Notes under the pieces: generated by a model
Told to the model about the DNA's origin: nothing
What the model saw: only the letters and a program-made list of their open reading frames with translations
The model's database searches: none
Translations under genes and position numbers: made by a program
Shown here: piece after piece, positions 27,815-37,583 of the stretch
How the letters are laid out: every line of letters begins with the position of its first letter
Numbering within the stretch: position 1 is the first letter of the stretch
Source of the DNA: Nageia nagi
Lineage: Eukaryota; Plantae; Pinophyta
Assembly: GCA_050084985.1 (NCBI GenBank)
Contig: JBITNC010000002.1
Span: 12,958,001-13,022,000 of the forward strand
Length of the DNA: 64,000 nt
Direction: 5' to 3'

Positions 27815-27937
27815 ATCACCAAAGCCAAACGAGAAGACAGAGAGCACCTCCTATGCCCTACCTTCCATCCTAGTCAGATACAGTTAGCGAACATAGCCAG
27901 GCAGTGCTCTCTCTCTTCTCCTTCGGACTCCGGTGAT
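27815..27937 (-). ncRNA. MIR529: MIR529-family microRNA precursor hairpin; predicted mature AGAAGAGAGAGAGCACUGCCU (27919-27899)
   Basis: The mature-like 21-mer matches miR529 (AGAAGAGAGAGAG[C/U]ACAGCC[C/U]) with a single A>U change at nt 17. The star arm at 27853-27831 pairs with 2 mismatches. A ~16-bp lower stem pairs AUCACCGGAG(U)CCGAA with UUUGG-CUUUGGUGAU; its G:U pairs form only on the minus strand. Confidence 0.9.
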
Positions 27938-28016
27938 TCCTTCAAAACATGTAGGAAATAATGTAAAGCACTACACCCTCTCATTCGGCTTGGTGTATTG
28001 CAGCAAGAATCTCTCC

Positions 28017-28024
28017 TATATATA
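28017..28024 (-). promoter_or_regulatory. TATA box of MIR529
   Basis: TATATATA about 80 bp upstream of the hairpin; initiator-like CA about 20-30 bp downstream; splice donor AAG|GTACAG at 27789/27788 just 3' of the hairpin. Confidence 0.7.
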
Positions 28025-28660
28025 GCCTTCCAGGAAACTCCCGTTCACGCATTCAAACAATGAAAATTCTGGAGGATAAGATAGCGGGAGACCGTTAAAC
28101 AAAATGTACTTGAAGAGTGATGATTGAAAAGTCCACGAACTCGAAGTCGAATTGGGTCCATGCGTACGAAATAGTGATCATAGCTTAGTGTAGTGTGTCC
28201 TCCATTTCTGCATTCTTCTCAAAGACATCATTATCGACTCATTGCCTCTAACCACACTTAGAACGTTGTTTTTTAATCTCATTCATTTGTGTTGGGCAAT
28301 CAAAATTGAATGCACCCAGGTTAGAGGAAGACCGTGACCAGGGATCAAATTTTTTGTCTCTGATTTCTCATCAACAATAAAATCTTCATTCTTATTAACA
28401 TATTACAAAAAATCAAAGATTATTTTTTTTTGTAAATTTATAAAATGTATCTCTAATTTGAAATGATAAATATCGTGAACATCGTATATATGAGAATGAG
28501 AGATTGCAATATATAACAATATCAAAAAACTAGTTTGTTCAAATACAAATAAGATGAAAACACTCTATCAAAGAATCATATTATTGTTATAGGAATGAAA
28601 ATATTGTTGTATGCTCCTATAATGACATTTATGGACTAAAAAACTACTAAACAATATCTT

Positions 28661-29142
28661 CACTACAAAGAGAATGAGGGTTGTGACTTAAATTCTTATT
28701 TTTTTAATAACTTTTATTTTTTAGGAATTTAAAAAATATATATATATGATGACAAGCTATAGACAATTCTCTACAAAATTTTTAAAAAAAAATGAAAATT
28801 TGATAATTTTAGGTCAAATTATGCATGTGAGACATGAGGAGTTTTGGAAACAACAATCATGACCAATGTAGAAATTTTAATAAAAAATATTCATGAAAAA
28901 TTTATAAAAAAATATCTAAGAGAAGCTTTATTAGGTTTTTTTTTTCAAAAGGATTTTAAAAAATACTTTGATTTAGGTCAAATTATGCTTTTCAGACATG
29001 TGCATGGTATGGTCCTGAAATAGTATATTTTAAAAAATGGTTTCTATTCATTCCTATAAAAATTTAATTTTTATTATCTGGGTATTAGGATAAATTACAT
29101 ATTTAAAAACTAGGATCTAAGTACTACATTTTCACCGTAGTG
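28661..29142. mobile_element. Putative CACTA-type miniature non-autonomous element
   Basis: Ends CACTACAAAGAGAATG and CATTTTCACCGTAGTG form an imperfect TIR; 3-bp flanks CTT/ATT; internal repeat TTTAGGTCAAATTATGC at ~28808 and ~28972. Confidence 0.45.
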
Positions 29143-29749
29143 ATTTTTTCCAAGATTCCATGTCTAAGTGCTTCAAATTTTGATATTAATTGCAATAAAA
29201 CTTGAAAATCAAGGAACACTTCCACTTTTTGGCCATAAAGTGGATTTGACTTCTTACACTGACCCTTATAATGGAAGGGAGAGAGGAGTCCATGATTGAG
29301 GATGAAAACCCTAAAGGGGAAGCACCTCTAGGTTCTTCAGTATCCACATGTCCATTGCCATTAATAGTGACTCAAGACAAGTTGATGAACCATGAATGAG
29401 CTCATATTACATAAATTAAATTAGTTGGTGAGAGTTGAGGTAGGTATTATAAATTGAAATGCTTAATGCTTAGTTTATTACTATGTTTATATTTTTTCAA
29501 TTTTGATTTATTTTTTTTTTAAGTAGAAGTATGATTTTAGAAGCAACTTCATATGAAAAATTAAAAATTAATTGTACTTCAATGTTGAAAGGTGATTTTT
29601 ATTTTATTTTTTCAAATGAAAAAATAAAAATACTAATGCTCCTTCATTGAAGGGGAAAATGCCTTTTGAACGGAATTGAATGGTTCAAATTTAACCCCTG
29701 ACCATAACTCTCTCATATGTTATAATTGGCCTATTAACTTTATATGCAT

Positions 29750-30150
29750 ATCTGATGGGTTTATAAATGTGTTTGTCTATTGGAGATGGTAGGAATGACT
29801 CGCTTTCCCCTACAAAATCACTAGACTATACGTGTATGCCTATGGCCATACATGAATAAACTCGTTGGGTTTATCTATGATCAACCTTATTAGGTTTATT
29901 CCAAAATATATATATGAAAAAAGAGCATAATTATCCCATACATTATAGTTGAACCGTTAACCTTACATACATACCCATCGAGTTTGTAAACATGTGTATT
30001 CACTAGAGATGGTGGGGTGGACCCGCTTTCTGATAGAAAATTGTTAGACTAAGAATTCATGCATGCCTACCTATGACCATGCATGCATAAACTCATTGGG
30101 TTTATCTATGATCAATCCCATCGAGTTTATTCCAAAAAAATATGAAAAAA
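29750..30150. repeat. Two diverged copies of a ~170-bp unit spaced ~225-235 bp apart
   Basis: GAGATGGT...CGCTTTC...ATAAACTC(G/A)TTGGGTTTATCTATGATCAA...TTTATTCCAAAA at ~29750-29920 and ~29975-30150. Confidence 0.75.
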
Positions 30151-30168
30151 AATCTAAATATCAAATAT

Positions 30169-30239
30169 GGACTTGCCAAGATTTGAACTCAAGCTACTAG
30201 GTTCAAAATTAAATATCTTAACCACTATGGCAAGGAATT
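30169..30239 (-). pseudogene. tRNA-Gln(UUG)-derived pseudogene or SINE head
   Basis: Minus strand TTCCTTGCCATAGTGGTTAAGATATTTAATTTTGAACCTAGTAGCTTGAGTTCAAATCTTGG: A-box, TTTGAA anticodon loop and B-box GAGTTCAAATC align with plant tRNA-Gln, with many transition changes; stems broken. Confidence 0.6.
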
Positions 30240-33200
30240 AATGATGAAATGTATTGTTAAGATTTAGTTTTGTATACCATAAGATTATATTCAGGTTAGT
30301 TTGGAATATATAAACCCAATAGGTTCTTACATGCATGCCTAGGATGGGAGATGTCAAAAAAGGAGACCAATAAGAGGCTAGCTAGAAAAGGGCTTCCTAA
30401 AACCCATCAATTTTATCTCAAGCGATCAACAAGTCAATTACAACATATGGGATATTATGTGTTTCTGATGCTAGATATATGGCTTTTAGTTTATCTTAGA
30501 ATATATTTTTCAATTAAAAAATTTAAAGTTAAAATTATTTGTCATATAGAAATGGTAAAATAATTTTTTTAAAAATTATAAAAGAAAAAATATATGAAAA
30601 AAATTAAAATAATCATTAGACTATCAAAAATAGGTGAAAGAATAACAATTGTCATAATATCAAGAGCAAGAATAACATGCAATAAAATAGTAGAAAAAAT
30701 ATGTTAAAATAGTTACATAGGAAAAATAGCAAATGAAACATTTTGAGATGATATGGAATGAATAGTATCATTTGGCTCCATTAATATGCATAAATGGTCT
30801 TTATGTAGACTTGATTTTTTAGACAATTACATTAAATTATGGTTTTTGATCCTTTTCAATTGGATTTGAGGACTCATAACCCATAATACAAATTTTATTG
30901 GTCCTTCAAATGATTCTACATAATATAATAATTTCAACGTATTTTGAATATGGTCACTAAGTTATGCATGTCAAAAGTTGCTGTATTTGATAAGTAAGGA
31001 TCATTGTCCAGTTAGAGAAGGTTTTCCTAGATTACTCATCCTCCCTTGAGAAGAAATAGTCTCAATTATCATGATAGAGGATGGGGAATATATGAAGGTA
31101 TCCTCTAAAAAGTTGAATCTTTTCTTATAATCCTTTATGGCTTGGTAGCAAGTTTAATTTTTTTGATTAATTATCTCATTAAGATTTTTTTATGGCATAT
31201 TAGTTACTAGGTCGATCTAATTAGGCTCTTTGATTGTACAATGATATGTCTTACTCAATGATGAAGTTGGACCATTTTAGGTGTCACCTTGTTGCATGGA
31301 ATGCTTCAAAATTAATATCCACTATCGTATCAACAAAAAGGAAAAAATCTTATCACTATTTCTTTACTATTTTCAATTACACACTAATAATACCAGGTAT
31401 AATTTTATCTTTATTTTTATGAGCTAGTGTGACTGCAACATCCAATGTCTTGGGGGAGAAAGTTGATGTGGCCAAGGCAATGAGATATTCATTTGCAATT
31501 TAATGATGATTGTTGACTAAGATGTGGTAATTTGTATACACACTTGTGTATCAAAGTCATATAGCTATAATTTTGTTGATACAATTTCCATTACTAGAAA
31601 TTAATCTTCGAACAAGATCAACTCCTTTCTTGATCAGACTAAGCAAATAGAAATTACAAAAGCAAGATGTAGAAAATAAACTTGGTCAACTAAATCTAAT
31701 CTAACTACTACACTAGTGAGTGCAAATAAAAAAATCCAAATAAATATTTGGACCAGCACAAACACCCATTAAAAAAAAATTCAAGCTGCTCAAATAATTT
31801 AATTTTATAGCCACAAAATTAAGCATGACACTCCAAGTAATAACAAAGTACAAGTGCTTTATAGATACAAATTAGCTACTAATTATCCTTCACAACCCAC
31901 AAAGTACAAATAAACATATCACATAACCATTTAAGAATAGTGAAAAATATATCATAGCTAAGAGATCAAGAAGAAAATAATATTATATTAACATTTGGAA
32001 TAAGTACAAAATAAGGGCAATATCTATTATATCCAGCCCCTTCTTTATTCACATAAGCAATACTTATAGTTTTTCTCCTATAGAATACCTCCTAACTAAC
32101 ATTTAACAAAATCTAAAATATAAAAATATCTATAACTAATTATGTATCAGATTTGATTTGATATGATTTATAACTTAGATCCAAATCTTTAAGTATCTGG
32201 AATAATCTCTTGTGCATTTTAATGCCTTCAATGCATTCAAAACTTGAAACCTAGATTTGGTAGTTGAAATTGCCTTCTTGGAAAGGAAATGTAATTTGTC
32301 AAGGTTTTGGTACTTTTTATAGGTACTCATATTTTGTTGGAATAGTCAAAATCAAATACTGAACAAAAGAATTATTCCTATGAACTACTACACTTCTTCT
32401 TAAACATAAATAGCCAAAACCTAGATCTTCAAAATTGAAACATATAAGGTGATTGATATGACTAAAATTCTCCTTGATTTATGTTTAAATCACCTTCAAC
32501 AAGGGTAGAACTGATGAAAATACCTTGAAAAAATTTTCCATTGTTCCAACAAAAATTGGCCTTTTCTGCATTGTTGGATCTTTACCAAAATCAAATGCTC
32601 TACAAAACATGAGAAAATGGTTAAGTATGGTACTGAAATGATTTTTCCACCACTCCAACCATGTTCATTCCCCAAAAAACTATTGCACCTCCACCAAAAC
32701 TAAACACTATGAAGAATGCTTGAAAATTAACTAAGTATTAGCACTAACTGATTCTACTACCATTTTGGTAGATTATGTGCACACCAAAATTGCCAAAATT
32801 CTATCAAAATTGAACATCATGGAAAATGCTTAAAATTGACTAAGTATATGCATTTCATTAATAGTAAAGGATGCAAAAAGAATATAGCCATACAAACATT
32901 CTTATATCTAAAACAAATATGTATGGATATATATTCTAGTGATTTGCTAGAGTATTTGTGCCACCAAGTCTTGATTTTAGGGTCAAAATTATAACTCTAT
33001 GCAAAACTACTATCTAACTATACAAAATTTATCCATTTGGCTTATATCTTACTTGTGTATTTAGAAAAATATCTAATGTTGTGTCCCATTTAGCATTATG
33101 CATAATGAACGATGGTGAATAAAAAAATTCAAATGTGATGAATTGGATTGGAGTCATGGCGAAAATATATGAAAATCACATATAGTAAGTGGCAAATAAA

Positions 33201-33409
33201 TAATTTAAAAAACAAATTGTAAAGTATTGATGATATTATATTGATATTTAGTTTATTATGGGTGTCTAAATATAACTAAATACTACCATCTAATAATATC
33301 ATAAATTGTAAATAATTAAAAGTCATTATAATTAAGTATTTATGATATGAGTGTCTTCAAAAATCATATAGTGATTGTCTAACATTTATATAAAACTCAT
33401 AAGTTTTTT

Positions 33410-34021
33410 TATAGGTATCCAATCAATCTAAATGATATACCATTTAAAATTTCTCAAAATACTTTTAAAATGAGTTATAACAAGTCCCCTTTTAAGCAAG
33501 TAATGAGTTGTCTAAGGCAAAAAATGTAGATGATTGTCTATATTTTTTACCTTTGACAACTCATTACTTTCGTAAAAGGGATCATATGACCACTCATTTT
33601 AAAAATATTTTTAGAATCTATCTAATAGTATATCATTTAAATCAATTAGAGACTTGTAAAAAATTATAAGCTTTAAAAATTGATAAAAATAAATCAATCA
33701 TGTTCTAAAACCCATAACATTTTTTATTGATCTCTAATCAATTTAAATGATATACGATTGGATAGATCTCAAAAATATATTTAAAATGAGTGGTCACATG
33801 ACCTCTTTTGAGCAAGGAATGAGTCATCAAAGATAAAAAATGTAGATGGTCATATATAGTATTATTTGCATTTTTGTGTAGATGATCATCTGCATTTTTG
33901 CCTTTGATGACTCATTCCTTTCTCAAAATGGGTCATGTGACACTCATTTTAAAGGTTTTTTTGATATCTATACAATGGTATATTAGTTATATCAATTGGA
34001 GACCTCTAAAAAATGTTATGG
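33410..34021. repeat. Four copies of a ~125-bp unit in alternating orientation (two consecutive inverted repeats)
   Basis: ~33410-33530 is inverted with ~33540-33665, and ~33725-33850 is inverted with ~33880-34021 (core AAAATGAGTGGTCACATGACC / GGTCATGTGAC(C)ACTCATTTT). Confidence 0.8.
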
Positions 34022-34031
34022 GCTACAGAAA

Positions 34032-34392
34032 GTGATGAGCATATCTAATCTTAAGGTGAAGAGCATTTGGAATCTTAAGGTGATGAGCATCTGCAATCCT
34101 TATATGATAAGTGTCTAAAACCCTTAGGTGATGATTTTTTTCATACCTTAGGTGATGAGCATATGTAATATCTAGGTGATGAGCATCTACAATCTTTAGG
34201 TGATAAGTGTCTACAATCTTTAGGTGATGACCATCTATAATCTTTAGGTGATGATTGCCTATAATCTTTAGGTGATGATCATCTACAATATTTAGGTGAT
34301 GAGCATTTCTAATCTTTAGGTGACAACCATCTACAATCTTTAGGTGACTAGCATCTACAATCTTTAGGTGATGAGCATTTGCAATTCCTTAG
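34032..34392 (+). repeat. Tandem array of ~15 copies of a 24-bp unit (GTGATGAGCATCTACAATCTTTAG)
   Basis: Contiguous copies with no unique spacers. Confidence 0.92.
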
Positions 34393-34769
34393 AAATGTAA
34401 AATGATCATCAAATCAAAGCAATTTGATTACTCTAAGTTGAGAATTTGAAATATTTGTATATCCGGTTGAATCTCATAAACTTTATATATAGGGTATTAT
34501 TGGTGATTTCATTGGTAAATAGTAATTTTTTATATTTTTAAGGTAATTTTTGCAAAAATATAGGAGGCACAGGTGGCTAGTTGCAATTATCTTTATAAAA
34601 ACTTTATAAAATATTGGCGAGCTGACCCATAATTTTTTTTATTCTTGTAAAATTTGGGCTAAATGGTGCAACATTTGAGGTTTACATATTCAAAATATTT
34701 AAATATTAAAAAAATCCTATATTAGCTATTTGGTGAATATTCATCACTATGCATAATGATGGGCCCATT

Positions 34770-37578
34770 CCCTATTAGATGGTATACCTATATCTTGAAT
34801 TAGCATGGCTGGGAAAATAAATAGATTGATCAACATCGAACTAATATTTTACTTGATCCTTGTGAATTTTTTAGTCTATTTTTCCACCTTTATCAGCTTC
34901 TAGATAAACTTAGAGAACTTGTATTCAAAATTGCTCTTCATCTAATCTACAAAATTATCATCTGATCTTTATTCTTGGTCATAAAATACCTTCATATCAT
35001 CTAATGTATATACAATTTTATTACCATTGTATAGAGAAGGCATCATATTTCTATAAAAAATCTTTAATGCACCATTTAGTTTATTTATCTCTGAAATGAA
35101 TGATTTCATACATTTGTCTATACATAGTATCAACTCATGTAAATAGGTCACTTTCTAGGACATTGCTAAAATCTTGTCATGACAGCTATCAACACTTGTG
35201 TCTAAAATGTCTTTCTAGTTTATGAATTTGATAATATCTACATTCTTCATAGACATCCGTACAATCTTACTTTTCAAATCAAAAATAGCTTTATATTCAT
35301 CTCTTTTCCTCTCACAATATAACACATACTCTTGGATTGAATTTAATAAACCCAAAATTGGAACAACCTTACCCTAGTACCTAGACTTAATGGTCTTCAA
35401 TGTATCAATGGGAAAGCTTATTTTCATTGGTGCCTGTATACTTTGTGTAGGAGTCTAGTATTTTCTCTTCACTTTTTCTTCTAACTCTACCTTTACCTTT
35501 GTAAAAGTGATTATCACTACTTTCATATCTAGATCCTTCTTTACATTGGCATCTTGTGAAGCTTTCAATTCCTCCTAGAATTTTCCATTCTCATATTCTA
35601 AATAGTTGTAATCTTTTTCCTTATTCTTGAGAGAAAATTTCAAAGAATCAATCTCTAGTTCCAAAGCCTCAATATGACCATTTTTCATATTCAACTCTAT
35701 ACCTTTGGCCTTCAATTCCTCTTCTCTTTCCTCCACCACCTTAGTTAATTTGGAAAATTTTGCAGCTTCTTCCAACTATTGGATTTGTTTATTCAATAAA
35801 TTTATTTGCATGAGGTGAAATTTCTCCTTCTCTATAGTTATAGCTTATTACTTTTCTAGTTTGTCAACTTTTCTCTCTAACATAGTTACATTTGCATCCA
35901 TTAGCATCATGCCAGTTTTGATGATCTTTCTCTTGTCCATTATACTTATTTTATTTTATCTCAATTGCAAACATATACCTTTATTACTTGAATCTTGTCC
36001 ATATGATGAATCAATTTATGTAGTGAAGATCTCTAAAGCCTACTTCTAGATGTCCATAATAGTATCTAGTTGTATCAGGCCTTGGATCTTCTATTATTTA
36101 TGATGCTTTTCAAATCACTCTTTATTTGATATATCAATATAACTATAATCTATGGCTTAAGAAGAGGTGTCAATTTTATGGATAGAGATGGGAGGCAATG
36201 TAGTAACAACAACATCATCATCTGATTTATCGCTTACTGATATTATTTGTTGTGGAATTTTTCAAACTACATGTTGTAGAGATGGAATACTTTAGACCTA
36301 TTCTAGCACTTGCTCTTTCTCCTCCTATCACTTCAAAGTGATTTTCCTTTTCTTCTCAAGAGCAGGACTCTCTTCTTTTGATGGTATGACCTTAGGATAA
36401 GGCATTTTTCTATGACTTCTACTTTTAACCACTCTAAATGGTTGAGTGGATTCGATGTCCTCACTTTATAAAGCATCAAGCCTACCAAAAATATCTTCTA
36501 TTGGCTCATCACTTTTTTTATATTATCCTTGAAGGATCATCTTCACAAGCTACACTTTCTTGGGATGTTTTGGTAATTTTTTCCCCTTCTTCATTTTCTT
36601 AGAAATTTTTTCTAGGGATTTGACTTTTCTTTTCCAAATGATTTTCTTCTTTTTTGAAGTTTTTTTTTCTAACTTCTTAGCTACAACATCATTTTTCTTC
36701 TCCTATTATTTTATTTTCTCCTCATCCTTTTAGGCTAGCTTCCTCTGAAGCTCTTTCATATAAGCAATATCTTTATGAGATATCACTCGTTCCTCCACCT
36801 TAGCCTAAATAGTAGCTTCCATGAGCTTAGATTGGCCTCGAGTTTTTGTTGTTTTTTCAATAGAGCTTCCTCTTCATACATCATTTTACCTTTACTTTCA
36901 TTTTCTTTGGAATTTTGTAAATGGTTTTGGCCCTTTTCTTCTTGGTATCTTTAGTAGTGTTCTCCTTGTCATAAGAATTAGAGAATGCCTTATCTTATTC
37001 TCACATCCAAGATAAAGACTTTTGTTTGCTCTTGAACCCAGTATTGTACAAAACATTTCCTTTTATGCTTGGTCTAGTCAAATTTATCAAGGCTTTTTTG
37101 AAGTGCCTTTGGCAAACTTATCTGTTTGTTTGTTGCCAAAGAAAATTCAACTCTAATGGTGTAGTTTTGCCTCCATATTGGAATGCATGAGGTATCTAAT
37201 AAAAAATCTTAAAAAAATGGACCAATCTTAGAGTTATTCCTATGATTATCAAATTCATTCATTGAGACTCTAATAAAATTTGAAGCCTTTGAGTTGATTG
37301 ATTTTATATAAGCCATGAAAACTCCCATGGGATCATATTACCAAGACATTATTATCTAATCCAACTGTAATTTTTATATTTTGGTCGTTAGATATCCCCA
37401 GTAGTTTTTGTTAAAGGTTTGAACTAAATGAAAGCCAAGGGGATATTTGTATAAGTTCTTATTTCCCTTAGGTACTCCCCATGATATTTCTACATAGTCT
37501 TCTTATCTAGTAATCTCCATGGAAAAAATCCAATTGGAAACAAAAAATGGAAGCTTCATCGGCTTGTCACAAAACCCA
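34770..37578 (-). pseudogene. Long decayed ORF of unknown function (K/E-rich region + coiled coil), probably a retroelement accessory gene; continues at 42208-42347
   Basis: Coiled-coil ORF 35575-35775; ORF 34969-35151; Lys/Glu-rich tract ~36560-36800. The frame NYTIIFL|NGFCDKPMKLPFFVSNWIFSMEITR reads through once the Copia at 37584-42202 is removed. Confidence 0.65.
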
Positions 37579-37583
37579 TTTAA

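Larger units (their letters stand above)
33091..34761. mobile_element. Non-autonomous hAT-type TIR element with internal foldback and tandem arrays
   Basis: TIR TAGCATTATGCATAATGA / TCACTATGCATAATGATG; 8-bp TSD GTCCCATT (33083-33090) / GGCCCATT (34762-34769); subterminal TGG(C/T)GA motifs at both ends. Confidence 0.7.

Noticed and set aside
27755-27961. 68-aa plus-strand ORF over the hairpin
   Set aside because: Non-ATG start and no recognisable domain; the minus-strand miRNA hairpin explains the sequence.
32500-32545. CTGATGA…GAAA hammerhead-like core
   Set aside because: Only a 2-bp stem II and no flanking stems I/III or cleavage triplet; expected by chance.
34032-34392. Regular 24-bp repeats resembling a CRISPR array or a coding repeat
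   Set aside because: Units are contiguous with no unique spacers, the context is eukaryotic, there are no cas genes, and no sustained ORF spans the array.
31574-34835. TGTTGAT…ATCAACA as a 3.3-kb solo LTR
   Set aside because: Flanks AATTT and TCGAA are not a TSD, there is no adjacent PPT or PBS, and the right end falls within the coding-like tract.
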